Of a stretch of DNA of 64,000 nt, positions 23,956-34,194 are shown one piece after another (the first letter of the stretch is position 1; every line of letters starts with the position of its first letter). The position numbers were made by a program, and so were the translations under genes. The notes beneath the pieces were generated by a model that made no database searches, had not been told where the DNA came from, and saw only the letters and a program-made list of their open reading frames with translations. The stretch comes from Nitrospirota bacterium (GTDB lineage: Bacteria > Nitrospirota > UBA9217). Location: NCBI GenBank assembly GCA_963751455.1, contig CAVVUN010000009.1, forward strand, positions 224,001-288,000. The letters are read 5' to 3'.

Positions 23956-24417
23956 TTGGAGGAACTTGTGAAAATAATCAGTCTGACTCTTTTAATATTG
24001 ACTATTGCTGCGCCGATTTACGCTGCAAGCCGGGACGATATCCTGGGTCTTTGGGACAACCAGGAGAAAGACGCAAAAATCGAGGTATTTAAATGCGCGG
24101 ATAAATATTGCGGGAAAATTGTTTCGCTGAAAAACCCCAACTATCTTCCCGGATCCACAGAGGGAACGCCCGGAACGCCAAGAGTCGATCGCAACAATCC
24201 CAACCCCTCACTGAAAACGCAGCCCATTATCGGCCTGCAGATCATGAATAATTTTATTTTCAAAGGAGGCAACGAATGGAAGGGTGGTACGGTTTATGAC
24301 CCCAAGAAGGGAAAAACGTACCAAGGCAAGATTACGCTGGTGTCGCCCCATCAACTGGACCTCAGAGGCTTCATCGGAGTTTCACTAATAGGCAGAACTT
24401 CAACCTGGACCAGGTAA
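23956..24417 (+). CDS. DUF2147 secreted protein
   Basis: ILGLW, WKGGTVYDPKKGKTY, LRGFIGVSLIGRTSTWTR. Confidence 0.88.
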   Translation: MEELVKIISLTLLILTIAAPIYAASRDDILGLWDNQEKDAKIEVFKCADKYCGKIVSLKNPNYLPGSTEGTPGTPRVDRNNPNPSLKTQPIIGLQIMNNFIFKGGNEWKGGTVYDPKKGKTYQGKITLVSPHQLDLRGFIGVSLIGRTSTWTR

Positions 24418-24540
24418 TAGTTTTTGGAACCCAAATTGCGCTGAACCGTCCGCGTTAAAATTGTATTGACCGTGTCCCTGATGACCGGTATACTTGTTGA
24501 GATTATAATTAAATACAGCCCCAAAAAGAAAGGATCAATT

Positions 24541-24876
24541 ATGACGGAGAAAAAAGCTGAACTCATCAAAAACATCATGATTAATCTTGGGATTCTGCTC
24601 ATTCTGGTCAGCACGATGGCGGCCAAAGAATTGAACTTGGCTTCTTTTTTTCTTGCATTGATATTGCTTGCTATTCAGACCATCGATTTTAAAGGGATCG
24701 AACCTAAAAAACTCATTGTTGCCGAGATTATTATTGCCTCTGCGCTTTCCCTGGGCACTATAATCCAGCTCACCATGTCCAAAAGCTTTGGTCCTTCGCA
24801 AGTTTTCATGATCATCCTGTTGCTCGGCGGCCTCATGGTCACTGTGGAGGCGGTACGCAAGTATGCAGACCTGTAG
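24541..24876 (+). CDS. Small 4-TM hypothetical membrane protein
   Basis: Hydrophobic ORF, AAGGA RBS, followed by a terminator. Confidence 0.65.
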   Translation: MTEKKAELIKNIMINLGILLILVSTMAAKELNLASFFLALILLAIQTIDFKGIEPKKLIVAEIIIASALSLGTIIQLTMSKSFGPSQVFMIILLLGGLMVTVEAVRKYADL

Positions 24877-24884
24877 AATCCCCG

Positions 24885-24908
24885 ACCACTCCGTAGAGTG
24901 GTTTTTTT
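24885..24908 (+). terminator. Rho-independent terminator
   Basis: ACCACTC-CGTA-GAGTGGT followed by a T-run. Confidence 0.75.
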
Positions 24909-25027
24909 AATCCTTTCTGGATATTTTCCTTTTCTTTTGGTATATTACACAAACAAAAATTAACGTTTATTCCAAGACAGAGTGTCCATTGTACAGGAAC
25001 ATATCCGAAATACCGGTAAAACAAACG

Positions 25028-25951
25028 ATGCATCGCTATAACGCCTTTGGACAGTACATGAAGGACCTGTACGGCCGGCCGGTCTACAAGGTGAACGTGG
25101 ACGCGGGATTCACCTGCCCGAACAGGGACGGTACGGTTGCCACAGGCGGCTGCATCTATTGCAATAACGACAGCTTCAGACCGGTTGCGTGCGCCAGTTC
25201 CGTTTCCGTCACGGAGCAGATCGAAAAGGGAATCCCGTATCTCCGTTCAAGATACGGCGCCGAAAAGTTCATTGTTTATTTTCAGCCTTTCACGAATACG
25301 TACGCGTCCGTGGATATCCTTGAGAGGCTTTACCGGGAGGCGCTGGACAGTCCGGGGGTTGTGGGGCTCGCAATAGGCACGCGGCCTGACTGCGTGGATG
25401 AAGAGAAAATTGCGCTCCTTGAAGTTCTTGCAAAGGATGCCTTTATTCTGGTCGAATACGGACTACAGTCTATTTACGATGAGACCCTCAAATTCATCAA
25501 CCGGGGCCATGATTATGCCTGCTTTCAAAATGCAATAGAGCTTACCGCGGGAAGGGGCATTCAGGTCGGCGCGCATATCATCCTCGGCTTTCCCACCGAG
25601 ACTCGGGAACAGATGCTCGCAATGGCAGATGCGCTGTCGGCTCTGCCCGTAGAATTCCTCAAGATACACCAGCTGCAGGTCGTGAAAGGCACGTCCCTCG
25701 CTGATCTTTACGCTGACAACCCCTTTCATACATTTGGTTACGAAGAATACATTACGATGCTGGCCGATTTTCTCGACAGGCTGTCGCCGGATATAGTTCT
25801 TCAGCGCCTGTTTGCGGCAGCGCCGGACAACATGCTGATCGCGCCGGTGTGGCACAAAACCAGGAGCGAGCTTCTGAACGATCTCGACGCATTTATGAAG
25901 CAGCGAGAGAGCAGGCAAGGCAAAGCGCGCGTCGTGCGAATTGAAAAATGA
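25028..25951 (+). CDS. TIGR01212 family radical SAM protein (YhcC/YtqA)
   Basis: GFTCPNRDG...GGCIYC, GTRPDC, EYGLQS. Confidence 0.92.
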   Translation: MHRYNAFGQYMKDLYGRPVYKVNVDAGFTCPNRDGTVATGGCIYCNNDSFRPVACASSVSVTEQIEKGIPYLRSRYGAEKFIVYFQPFTNTYASVDILERLYREALDSPGVVGLAIGTRPDCVDEEKIALLEVLAKDAFILVEYGLQSIYDETLKFINRGHDYACFQNAIELTAGRGIQVGAHIILGFPTETREQMLAMADALSALPVEFLKIHQLQVVKGTSLADLYADNPFHTFGYEEYITMLADFLDRLSPDIVLQRLFAAAPDNMLIAPVWHKTRSELLNDLDAFMKQRESRQGKARVVRIEK

Positions 25952-26021
25952 AAATTGTAAATATCAAAATATTCAATTTGCATTTTCCAATTTCCAATTT
26001 TAAATTCACCGAAGGTGGCCT

Positions 26022-26683
26022 ATGATCGATCTTCACACGCATTCTCTTTTCAGCGACGGCGTCCTGGTGCCGTCTGAACTCGTCCGGCGGGCAGTGGTGA
26101 AAGGCTATGAAATAATCGCGATAACCGACCATGCGGACGCTTCAAACCTGGATTTCGCGATCCCGCGTGTCGCGGCGGCCTGTAGAGAACTTAATAGGCT
26201 CTGGAAAATCAAGGCGCTTCCCGGCATCGAACTTACCCATATCCCCCCGAGAGTTTCAAAAAGCTGACAGAACAGGCACGGTCCCTCGGCGCCCTGATTG
26301 TGGTTGCGCACGGGGAAACACTGGTAGAACCGGTGCATCCGGGAACAAACCGTGCTGCGATTGAAGCAGGGGTCGACATTCTCGCGCACCCCGGGCTTAT
26401 AACCAAAGAAGAGTCTGAATACGCGGCAAGGAATGGTGTGTATCTCGAAATTACCTCCCGCAAAGGCCACAGCCTTTCCAACGGACATGTGGCAAGAATG
26501 GCGGAAGAGACGGGTGCAAAACTCGTGATAGACACCGACACTCATGAGCCAGGCGATCTGATCACCGACGAATTTGCACGGCAGGTCCTTCTGGGAGCAG
26601 GGCTGAGCGAAAAACGCATGGCTGAAGTCGTCCGTAATTCAAGAGAACTGGCGGATAAAGCTGTAGCGGCCATGAAGCAATAA
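26022..26683 (+). CDS. PHP-domain phosphoesterase (one frameshift)
   Basis: IDLHTHSLFSDG, ITDH, HGET, LAHPG, DTDTH. Confidence 0.88.
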
Positions 26684-26715
26684 AACATTAAAACAGAATA
26701 CGAGGAGGTTTCCAG

Positions 26716-27429
26716 ATGCCAACAATAAAGAAAAGGGGTTATGCGAAAAAACAGCAGCCTGAACAGGAGATTGTGACGATAGCCCACCGGGTTTCAGATC
26801 TTGCGTCCCAGTACAGAAAACCGGTATTGATCGTGACAACCGTAATTGTTGCTCTGTTGCTCATCACGGGCGTGTATTCCCTCACCCGTTCAATGAAGGA
26901 ACAAAAGGCAGCGCCTTTATTCGCGTCCGCTTACGGCGCCTATAGCGCCTCAACCGGGGCAGCGCCGAATTACGCCAGAGCACTCGAGCTTTTTCGGACC
27001 GTCAATAAAAACTATCCATCCACGAAAAGCGGAGCAATCGCTCAGTACTACATCGGGAACTGTCTGATGGGTCTTGAGAGGAACGACGAGGCGCTGAAGG
27101 AATATCAATTGTTCCTTTCTAAATACAGCGGAAATACGTTCCTGCTCGGGCTGGTCTATGAGCGCCTGGGCTATTTATATACCGCGATGGGTAAGCAGCC
27201 GGATGCAGTTCAATCTTTCGAGAAAGCTGAATCCATCCTGGGACCCGGTATTTCGACGGTTGAACTTGCCAGGTTATATGAAGCCGCGGGAAACAATGCC
27301 GCGTCTCAAAAAAAATATAAGACAATATCAGTTCAACTTGCCGGGACGAAGTACGCAATGGAGGCGAGCGGAAAAGTTCAGAAAATAGGAAGCCCTACGG
27401 AAACAATCCCGGCAAAAAAGAGCAAATAA
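26716..27429 (+). CDS. Membrane-anchored TPR protein (YfgM-like)
   Basis: Single TM followed by TPR helices. Confidence 0.75.
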   Translation: MPTIKKRGYAKKQQPEQEIVTIAHRVSDLASQYRKPVLIVTTVIVALLLITGVYSLTRSMKEQKAAPLFASAYGAYSASTGAAPNYARALELFRTVNKNYPSTKSGAIAQYYIGNCLMGLERNDEALKEYQLFLSKYSGNTFLLGLVYERLGYLYTAMGKQPDAVQSFEKAESILGPGISTVELARLYEAAGNNAASQKKYKTISVQLAGTKYAMEASGKVQKIGSPTETIPAKKSK

Positions 27430-27456
27430 AAAAGTTTGAATCAAGCGTGAAGAATA

Positions 27457-27933
27457 ATGGCCGTCTCCATTAAAAAGATATTTTATGTATTCCTGTTCTT
27501 GCTGGTCGGCGCTCTGGCCGGATGCTCCCAGGGGACCCCGGTCATTTCAATTGATTCCGCGGAAGCCAGGCTTTCACCGGTGTTCTCAGGAGCGGCTTCC
27601 ATCTTTATGAAGATAACTAATTCAGGAAACGGCGCTGATTTGCTTGTTGGTTGCGTTCTCGATATCCCGAATACGACCGCGGAATTTCACGATATGAAAG
27701 ACGGCAAGATGGTAAGAGTGGAAAGCATAGCGATCCCGTCAAACGCTGTGACTGCACTCAGACCTGCCAGCCTCCATATCATGGTATTCAAAATGCCGAA
27801 AGAGATAAAAGAAGGGCACCAATTTACTGTTCGGTTGAATTTCAAAAAATCGGGACCAAAAACAGTGTTGATCAGGATTGCCGGTGCATCGAATCATCTA
27901 AACAAAACGCACGGTAATCAGAAAATTATCTGA
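27457..27933 (+). CDS. PCu(A)C copper chaperone lipoprotein
   Basis: Lipobox LAGC; EFHDM...M...HIM copper-binding motif. Confidence 0.9.
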   Translation: MAVSIKKIFYVFLFLLVGALAGCSQGTPVISIDSAEARLSPVFSGAASIFMKITNSGNGADLLVGCVLDIPNTTAEFHDMKDGKMVRVESIAIPSNAVTALRPASLHIMVFKMPKEIKEGHQFTVRLNFKKSGPKTVLIRIAGASNHLNKTHGNQKII

Positions 27934-28150
27934 CCCGGAAACACAATAATTTTGCGATGTGCTGGAAACAATATTGTTCAATATGTTGCATAGGAAAAGT
28001 TGTATTTTCTGTTGACCTGTTCACTTCCTTATGATAGTTTTAAAACTCTTCTTTGAGGAAAGATAAAAATAAGGGAGGTGATGAACAAGACCTGCATTCG
28101 TTCGTCGTTTTCCAAGGCGTTCTTAGTTTAACTATATAAAGGGGGACCTT

Positions 28151-29377
28151 ATGAAAAAAAGACTTTTCGCAGCAGTCGTCGTATTAGCTCTTTCGCTTCT
28201 GACGTATCTCGCTTTCACCACCATTGACAGCAAAACCCAGACTGCTGTGGCAGCCGCACCGGCCGAAGCACCTGCAGCAGCACCTGCACCTGCAGCAGCA
28301 CCTGCACCTGCAGCAGCGCCCGCAGCGGCATATTCCGCTACGGTCTACGTTGCAGGCCACGGAGGACATTTTGCAAAAGCTGAAGTTACCATAGACCCCA
28401 GCAATGCGGACAACCCGATAGCGATCGCGGCACTTGACAAGGTTGACATCGGCACGACAAAATCCCATAAGACGCATGATGCACGAATCGATTCCCAGAA
28501 CAGCAACGTATTACTCTGGTCGACGTACCAACTCGACGAGAACGGAAAGCAGCATGTCGGAAAATCCGACCTCACGACCGGCAAAGTGATCACCGATATC
28601 GCCATGGACACTGACAAGCGTTCTACGGGCGGCGAAAAGAAGATGCCGATCTATTGCGCCTCAGGACAGTCCAAGGCCTTTTATATGCCGGTTTTCATGG
28701 GCAGTGAAGCCTATGTCGATATAATCGATAAGAAAACCATGCAGCTCAAACACAGGGTATTCATCAGCGATCTCGGCTACAAGGCAGGAAGCTATCAATT
28801 CCTTCATGGCGTCAACAGCAACAAAATGGATAAATTCCTTCTCACCATGACCATGAAAGGTGAAGACGGGAAGATGAACGGAAAAATCGATTTCGTGCTC
28901 GTTGACCTCAAACAGATGGAAAAGGGCAAATTCAAGGAAATCAAGAAAAAGTCCCATACCGGCACACCCATGAAGACGATCACGTTCAGAGAATACTTCA
29001 GCAAAGATGACAAATACATATTCCAGTCCGCCGGAGACAGGCTCTGGGTACTGGATGCAAAGACCCTCGAGCTGGTTGACGAAAAAATGAGCACCGCCGG
29101 AGAAAACCACGACTTGATGCCGACCCCGGACGGAAAATATGCGCTCATGACCGTCAGGAACCCGACAACAGAGGGCTGTGACACCGAAGGCAAGCCGATT
29201 GTCGACAAGGAAGGGAAACCGGTCCTGATTACGGACGGCCTTATCCAGCTGTACGATTTCGGCGCCAAGAAGATCGTAGGCAAGGGTAATTCAGTCTGTT
29301 TCGGCTGCCACAAAGGCATGGGCCTCGGCGACAAGACAGCCATCCTCTGCGGCCTGGATGCGAATTACAAAAAATAA
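28151..29377 (+). CDS. Secreted His-rich beta-propeller protein with Ala/Pro linker and C-terminal CxxCH motif
   Basis: Signal peptide; VAGHGGH, HKTHD, FLHG, NHDLMPTPDGKY; CFGCH near the C-terminus. Confidence 0.7.
   Translation: MKKRLFAAVVVLALSLLTYLAFTTIDSKTQTAVAAAPAEAPAAAPAPAAAPAPAAAPAAAYSATVYVAGHGGHFAKAEVTIDPSNADNPIAIAALDKVDIGTTKSHKTHDARIDSQNSNVLLWSTYQLDENGKQHVGKSDLTTGKVITDIAMDTDKRSTGGEKKMPIYCASGQSKAFYMPVFMGSEAYVDIIDKKTMQLKHRVFISDLGYKAGSYQFLHGVNSNKMDKFLLTMTMKGEDGKMNGKIDFVLVDLKQMEKGKFKEIKKKSHTGTPMKTITFREYFSKDDKYIFQSAGDRLWVLDAKTLELVDEKMSTAGENHDLMPTPDGKYALMTVRNPTTEGCDTEGKPIVDKEGKPVLITDGLIQLYDFGAKKIVGKGNSVCFGCHKGMGLGDKTAILCGLDANYKK
28268..28321 (+). repeat. Three copies of an 18-bp coding tandem repeat (APAAAP)
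   Basis: GCACCTGCAGCAGCACCT units. Confidence 0.9.
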
Positions 29378-29399
29378 GTTTTGATGAGTCATACAATTC

Positions 29400-29429
29400 A
29401 AAGGGCATCGCAATTTGATGCCCTTTTTT
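29400..29429 (+). terminator. Rho-independent terminator between the propeller gene and the ABC genes
   Basis: AAAGGGCATC-GCAATTT-GATGCCCTTT followed by T's. Confidence 0.8.
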
Positions 29430-29502
29430 AGTTTACGCTGCTATCAGCATTAAATTCATAGAAAGAATTATTACACAGCAGTTCAGATAAGAAGACTACG
29501 CT

Positions 29503-30699
29503 ATGACTGAATCGTTCTCACTTATTTCACTTGCGGGAAAAAATCTAACAAGAAAACCGCTGCGCACCGTTATTCTCATCTTCTCAATAGCTATGCTCGT
29601 AACCGCTATCATATTCATCCTCTCTTTTGTAAGGCGGGTGGATTCCGTGATAGCGTCGACCTCCGACCGGCTTGGCGCCGATATTATCATCGTGCCGACA
29701 GGTTCACGCGGGGCCGCAGAAGACATCCTTCTTGAAAACAGAGTGAAGTCTTTTTACATGCCCCGAAATATACTGGAAAAGCTCAAACAAATAGAAGGGG
29801 TCGACCGGCTGACGGAGCAGACCTACCTCGCCACCATTACGGGCGAATGCTGCGATGTGCCCGAGACTATGGTGGTTGCCTTTAATCAGGAAACTGATTT
29901 CATCATCAAACCCTGGCTGAACAAAAAACTGGGCCGGATACTCAAAAAAGGAGAGGCGATTGTCGGCCAGGAATCCGCCCTGAACATCAGTGTCGGTCTC
30001 ACCGATGTGGACGGTATTCTTTTCGGGAATATATTCAAGATGGTGGGTGTACTCGATAGAACAGGAACAGGCCTTGACACCGCAATATTTATCGATGAGA
30101 CGAACATCGGCGATATTCTGACGAAAGGAAAGAGCGCGCTCAAACCCGATCAGGTTTCCATCATTTTCGTCAAAGTTCTCACCGGAACGGACCCGCAAAC
30201 GATTGCCAATCAAATAGAGGATTCCGTGATCGAAGTCGATGCCGTCGCGAGAAAGGACATAGGAAAAAGCATTCTCGCAACACTCAGGGATCTGAACACA
30301 ATCTTTTTCGTAAGCGTCGCGCTGGCTTCTCTTTTGTCGGTATTTCTTGTCTGGGCGGTCTTTTCGGCGATAGCGAACGAGAGATCACGGGAAATAGGGA
30401 TCATGCGCGCTCTGGGAGCCCGTGAGTCGCACATCAGCCGCCTGTTTCTGACAGAAGTGCTGTTCATCGGCTGCGCGGGAAGCATAATCGGCGTCCTGGC
30501 CGGGACGAGTATTTCTTTTCTGGTAATAAAGAATTTCATGCTCCTGAAGGGCGTAACAACGGATATAACGCTGATTGATCGGCTGGTCATCGCTTTATTC
30601 TCGTTTGCAGCAGGAACGGCAATATGCACTGCAGGCGCCTTATCTCCGATACAGAGGTTAAAGAAACTGGAGCCGCTGCTGGCGATAAAAGAGGATTAA
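29503..30699 (+). CDS. MacB/FtsX-type ABC permease
   Basis: KNLTRKPLRT, RLGADIIIVP, NERSREIGIMRALGA; periplasmic ECCD motif. Confidence 0.9.
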   Translation: MTESFSLISLAGKNLTRKPLRTVILIFSIAMLVTAIIFILSFVRRVDSVIASTSDRLGADIIIVPTGSRGAAEDILLENRVKSFYMPRNILEKLKQIEGVDRLTEQTYLATITGECCDVPETMVVAFNQETDFIIKPWLNKKLGRILKKGEAIVGQESALNISVGLTDVDGILFGNIFKMVGVLDRTGTGLDTAIFIDETNIGDILTKGKSALKPDQVSIIFVKVLTGTDPQTIANQIEDSVIEVDAVARKDIGKSILATLRDLNTIFFVSVALASLLSVFLVWAVFSAIANERSREIGIMRALGARESHISRLFLTEVLFIGCAGSIIGVLAGTSISFLVIKNFMLLKGVTTDITLIDRLVIALFSFAAGTAICTAGALSPIQRLKKLEPLLAIKED

Positions 30700-31383
30700 A
30701 TGCAGCATATCGAAGTGCAGGATGTATCGAAATATTATACGATCGGCAAACAGAGAATTACAGCCGTTGATCGAGCCGCGCTCACTATCCAGGAGGGAGA
30801 TTTTGTGTCCCTCATCGGTCACTCCGGGTCTGGGAAAACGACCTTGTTGTCGATCATCGGAGGCATTATCAGGCCCACCGGCGGACAGGTACTCTACCGA
30901 GGGAGCGACATATGCACTGCCAATGACGACGCGCTATCGCAATACCGGAATACAAAGGTCGGCTTCATGTTCCAGTTCGCGAGCTTGTTGCCGTCGCTCC
31001 GTGTCAGCGAGAACCTGCTGCTTCCGACTCTTTTCAATGACGGCCGGGGTGCAGCCGCAGGATCACACGGCCATAAAGTCCGGGAACTGCTCTCTCTGGT
31101 CGGGCTCGAAGACAAAGTGCGAGCTTTTCCTTCCCAGTTGTCCGGCGGGCAGCAGCGCCGTGTCGCGATTGCGAGGGCCTTCATGAATAATCCGGAGCTC
31201 ATACTTGCCGATGAACCAACCGGCGATCTTGATGAGGAAACCGAGCAGGACATGATGGATTTTTTCAAGTCGATGAATAAAAGTCATCGCATAACTTTCA
31301 TCATGGTCACTCATAATACCGACCTCGCAAGGCAAGCAAACCGATGCATCAGGATGCATCAGGGCAGGCTTAACGAAGCGTGA
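30700..31383 (+). CDS. ABC ATP-binding protein (LolD-like)
   Basis: GHSGSGKT, LSGGQQRR, ILADEPTG, VTH. Confidence 0.95.
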   Translation: MQHIEVQDVSKYYTIGKQRITAVDRAALTIQEGDFVSLIGHSGSGKTTLLSIIGGIIRPTGGQVLYRGSDICTANDDALSQYRNTKVGFMFQFASLLPSLRVSENLLLPTLFNDGRGAAAGSHGHKVRELLSLVGLEDKVRAFPSQLSGGQQRRVAIARAFMNNPELILADEPTGDLDEETEQDMMDFFKSMNKSHRITFIMVTHNTDLARQANRCIRMHQGRLNEA

Positions 31384-31529
31384 TTTCGTTAATTAATCTG
31401 TAACAAAATGAATAAACCCGCATCAAATGCTCGCTTAATCCACTCTTCGATTGACACACACCCGTACTCAGTATAAATTAAAAATCGATTCAGCAGGGCA
31501 GGTTGTTTTCATCCGGGAACGGTGTGCGT

Positions 31530-34139
31530 ATGAAAATACGTGAAGATAGAAAGATAATTCTGCTTTCGGTTGTCGGGGGATTGATGGTGTGGGTATTGGA
31601 CGCAGCCATCGACTCCTTTTTCTTCTCTCAAGGCAGCTTCATCGGTTCTCTGCTATCCGACATGTCCGCGCACGAACGCTTTTTCCGGACATTTATGGTC
31701 CTCAGCCTCATAGTGTTTGCCCTCGTTATAAAGCAGATAACCAGAAAACGCCGCCAAATTGAAGAGCGATACAAGAATCTCGTTGAGCTTTCATCGGATA
31801 TTATCTATGTATCGGACAGAGACGCTAAACAGATCTTCATGAACAACGCGGCTTACCGGATACTAGGCCGTACGTCGGAGGAGGTCATCGGCAAACCGAT
31901 GATCGAATTGATACATCCCGACGACCGGGAAAAGACGCTGGAGAAGCGGAATGAGCTGGTGGTCATGAACACCGACGCAGTGAATTTCGAAAATCGTTAT
32001 GTAACAAAAACGGGAAGGGCCATACCGGTCCTGCATAATGTACGCGTTCTCAGAAATGATCAAGGGGAATTTATCGGCACTCAGGGCATTGCACGCGACA
32101 TTACCGACCGGAAAACCGCTGAAGACGAACTGAAAAAGGCGATCCAGCGGATCGAAGAAGAGAAAGCCAGATCAGAGTCGGTTCTCGCCGCGATCGGAGA
32201 CGGCGTCAGCATTCAGGATGCAGATTATAAAGTACTGTATCAGAACAGGGTCCACAAGCAAATGAGCGGAGGGATCAAAACCGGGGAGTATTGCTACGCC
32301 GCCTATGCGCACAGCGATGCCGTATGTCCCGGGTGCCCGGTATCGAAAACATTTATCGACGGTAAAAACCACACTCTTGAAAAGGATATAGTGAGGGGAA
32401 CGCAGTTACTCACTATCGAGATCATGGCGTCTCCGTTGCGCGACTCTTCCGGAAAGATTATAGCAGGGATTGAAGCGGTAAGGGACATCACCGAACGCAA
32501 AAAGGCGCGTGAGCGGCTGACGCTGTTCTCAAAAGCTATCGAGGAGGCCGGAGACGGTGTGCAGATTGTGGACCTCAACGGATTCATCGTTTATTCGAAC
32601 AAAGCGGTCCAGGAAATATACGGGTTTTCTCCGGAGGAATTGTCCGGGACACATGTCAATCTGATGAACGCGGACCCCGACTTTGCCGGCAACGTGATTC
32701 TTCCCATGATAAAGGATACAGGCCGATGGTGTGGTGAGTTGATCGTGAAACATAAGAACGGCAGAACCTTCCCGGTATGGCTCTCCACGTCACTGGTAAG
32801 AGACGCGTACAGTAATCCGATAGCGATGATCGGTATAATTAGAGACATTACAGACCGGAAACGGTCTGAAGAAATTGTAAATCGTCATCGCGGAGACCTT
32901 GCGAGGCTGGTCGAGGAACGTACGAAGGAGCTTACGGCAGCAAATGAAAAGTTGCGCAAGGAGATGTCTGAACGGGAACGCATGGAGGATGAACTTCTGA
33001 AGGCCCAAAAACTGGAGTCCCTTGGCATTCTTGCCGGAGGAATCGCGCATGATTTCAACAATCTGTTGGCATCAGTTCTGGGCAATATTTCGCTTGCCAT
33101 GCTCGACATTGACCGCGCACATGAGGCATTCAGCCGGCTTATCGCAGCCGAGAAAGCTTCTCTGAGGGCGCAGGACCTTACGAGGCAGCTTCTCACGTTT
33201 TCCCGGGGAGGTGTGCCTGTAAAAAAGACGACTGAAATAACGGAACTGATAAGGGAAGCGGTAAGCTTCGCGCTGCGCGGATCGAATGTCAGATTCGAAT
33301 TAGTCATTGAGGACAGGCTCAAGCTGGTGGACGTCGATGAAGGCCAGTTTAGTCAGGTCATTCATAACCTTGTTATTAACGCAAATCATGCCATGCCGCA
33401 GGGAGGCGTTGTCACGATACGGTGCAGCACTATACATCACAGGGCGCACGGCGCTCTTCCTTTGCGGGAGGGAGAGTATGTCCGGATATCAATCGAGGAC
33501 CACGGAATAGGAATTTCCCAGGAACACCTATCGAGAGTTTTCGACCCGTACTTTACGACCAAGCAGAAAGGAAGCGGCCTCGGGCTTGCCACTACCTACT
33601 CCATCATCAAGAAACACGGGGGGCACATATCGGTTGAATCGATAGAGGGCGTCGGAAGTACATTTCACGTCTATCTTCCGGTCTCCCGGGAAACAAAGCT
33701 GCCGATCAGATCGTCAGAAGGGGTGTTGCGGAAGGGGACAGGCAGCGTTCTGGTCATGGATGACGAGCACGAGGTAAGGGAGACAACAGGCCAGGTTCTG
33801 AGCAAACTCGGGTATATGGTGACCCTCGCCGAAGACGGCGACGAAGCGATCGAACGGTACTGCAGCGCCAGGGAGGCAGGTAAGCCCTTCGCTCTTGTTA
33901 TCATGGATTTAACGGTCCCGGGAGGCATGGGCGGGACGGATGCGTTGAAGAAGCTTCGGGAGATAGATCCGGACGTCAAGGCCATCGTGTCGAGCGGGTA
34001 TTCTAACGATCCGGTCATGGCGGATTTCAGGCAACACGGCTTCATGGGAGTCGTGACGAAACCGTACCGAATCAAGGAACTGAGCGAAGAGGTTCACAAG
34101 GTTATTAATAGCGTTTCACAAGGAGCAGGCAGCTCGTAG
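31530..34139 (+). CDS. Hybrid sensor kinase (2 TM, 3 PAS, HisKA, HATPase, REC)
   Basis: ARDITDRK PAC motifs, GGIAHDFNN, GSGLGL, C-terminal receiver. Confidence 0.93.
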   Translation: MKIREDRKIILLSVVGGLMVWVLDAAIDSFFFSQGSFIGSLLSDMSAHERFFRTFMVLSLIVFALVIKQITRKRRQIEERYKNLVELSSDIIYVSDRDAKQIFMNNAAYRILGRTSEEVIGKPMIELIHPDDREKTLEKRNELVVMNTDAVNFENRYVTKTGRAIPVLHNVRVLRNDQGEFIGTQGIARDITDRKTAEDELKKAIQRIEEEKARSESVLAAIGDGVSIQDADYKVLYQNRVHKQMSGGIKTGEYCYAAYAHSDAVCPGCPVSKTFIDGKNHTLEKDIVRGTQLLTIEIMASPLRDSSGKIIAGIEAVRDITERKKARERLTLFSKAIEEAGDGVQIVDLNGFIVYSNKAVQEIYGFSPEELSGTHVNLMNADPDFAGNVILPMIKDTGRWCGELIVKHKNGRTFPVWLSTSLVRDAYSNPIAMIGIIRDITDRKRSEEIVNRHRGDLARLVEERTKELTAANEKLRKEMSERERMEDELLKAQKLESLGILAGGIAHDFNNLLASVLGNISLAMLDIDRAHEAFSRLIAAEKASLRAQDLTRQLLTFSRGGVPVKKTTEITELIREAVSFALRGSNVRFELVIEDRLKLVDVDEGQFSQVIHNLVINANHAMPQGGVVTIRCSTIHHRAHGALPLREGEYVRISIEDHGIGISQEHLSRVFDPYFTTKQKGSGLGLATTYSIIKKHGGHISVESIEGVGSTFHVYLPVSRETKLPIRSSEGVLRKGTGSVLVMDDEHEVRETTGQVLSKLGYMVTLAEDGDEAIERYCSAREAGKPFALVIMDLTVPGGMGGTDALKKLREIDPDVKAIVSSGYSNDPVMADFRQHGFMGVVTKPYRIKELSEEVHKVINSVSQGAGSS

Positions 34140-34194
34140 GAGAGCATGGGACCAGATTATAAAAGCCGCAGCTCTTTTGTTCAGATCAACATTC

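Noticed and set aside
28151-29377. Calling this gene nosZ or nirS
   Set aside because: It is too short, has no CuA cupredoxin domain or DxHH motif, no N-terminal cytochrome c domain, and no nosD or nir biosynthesis neighbours.
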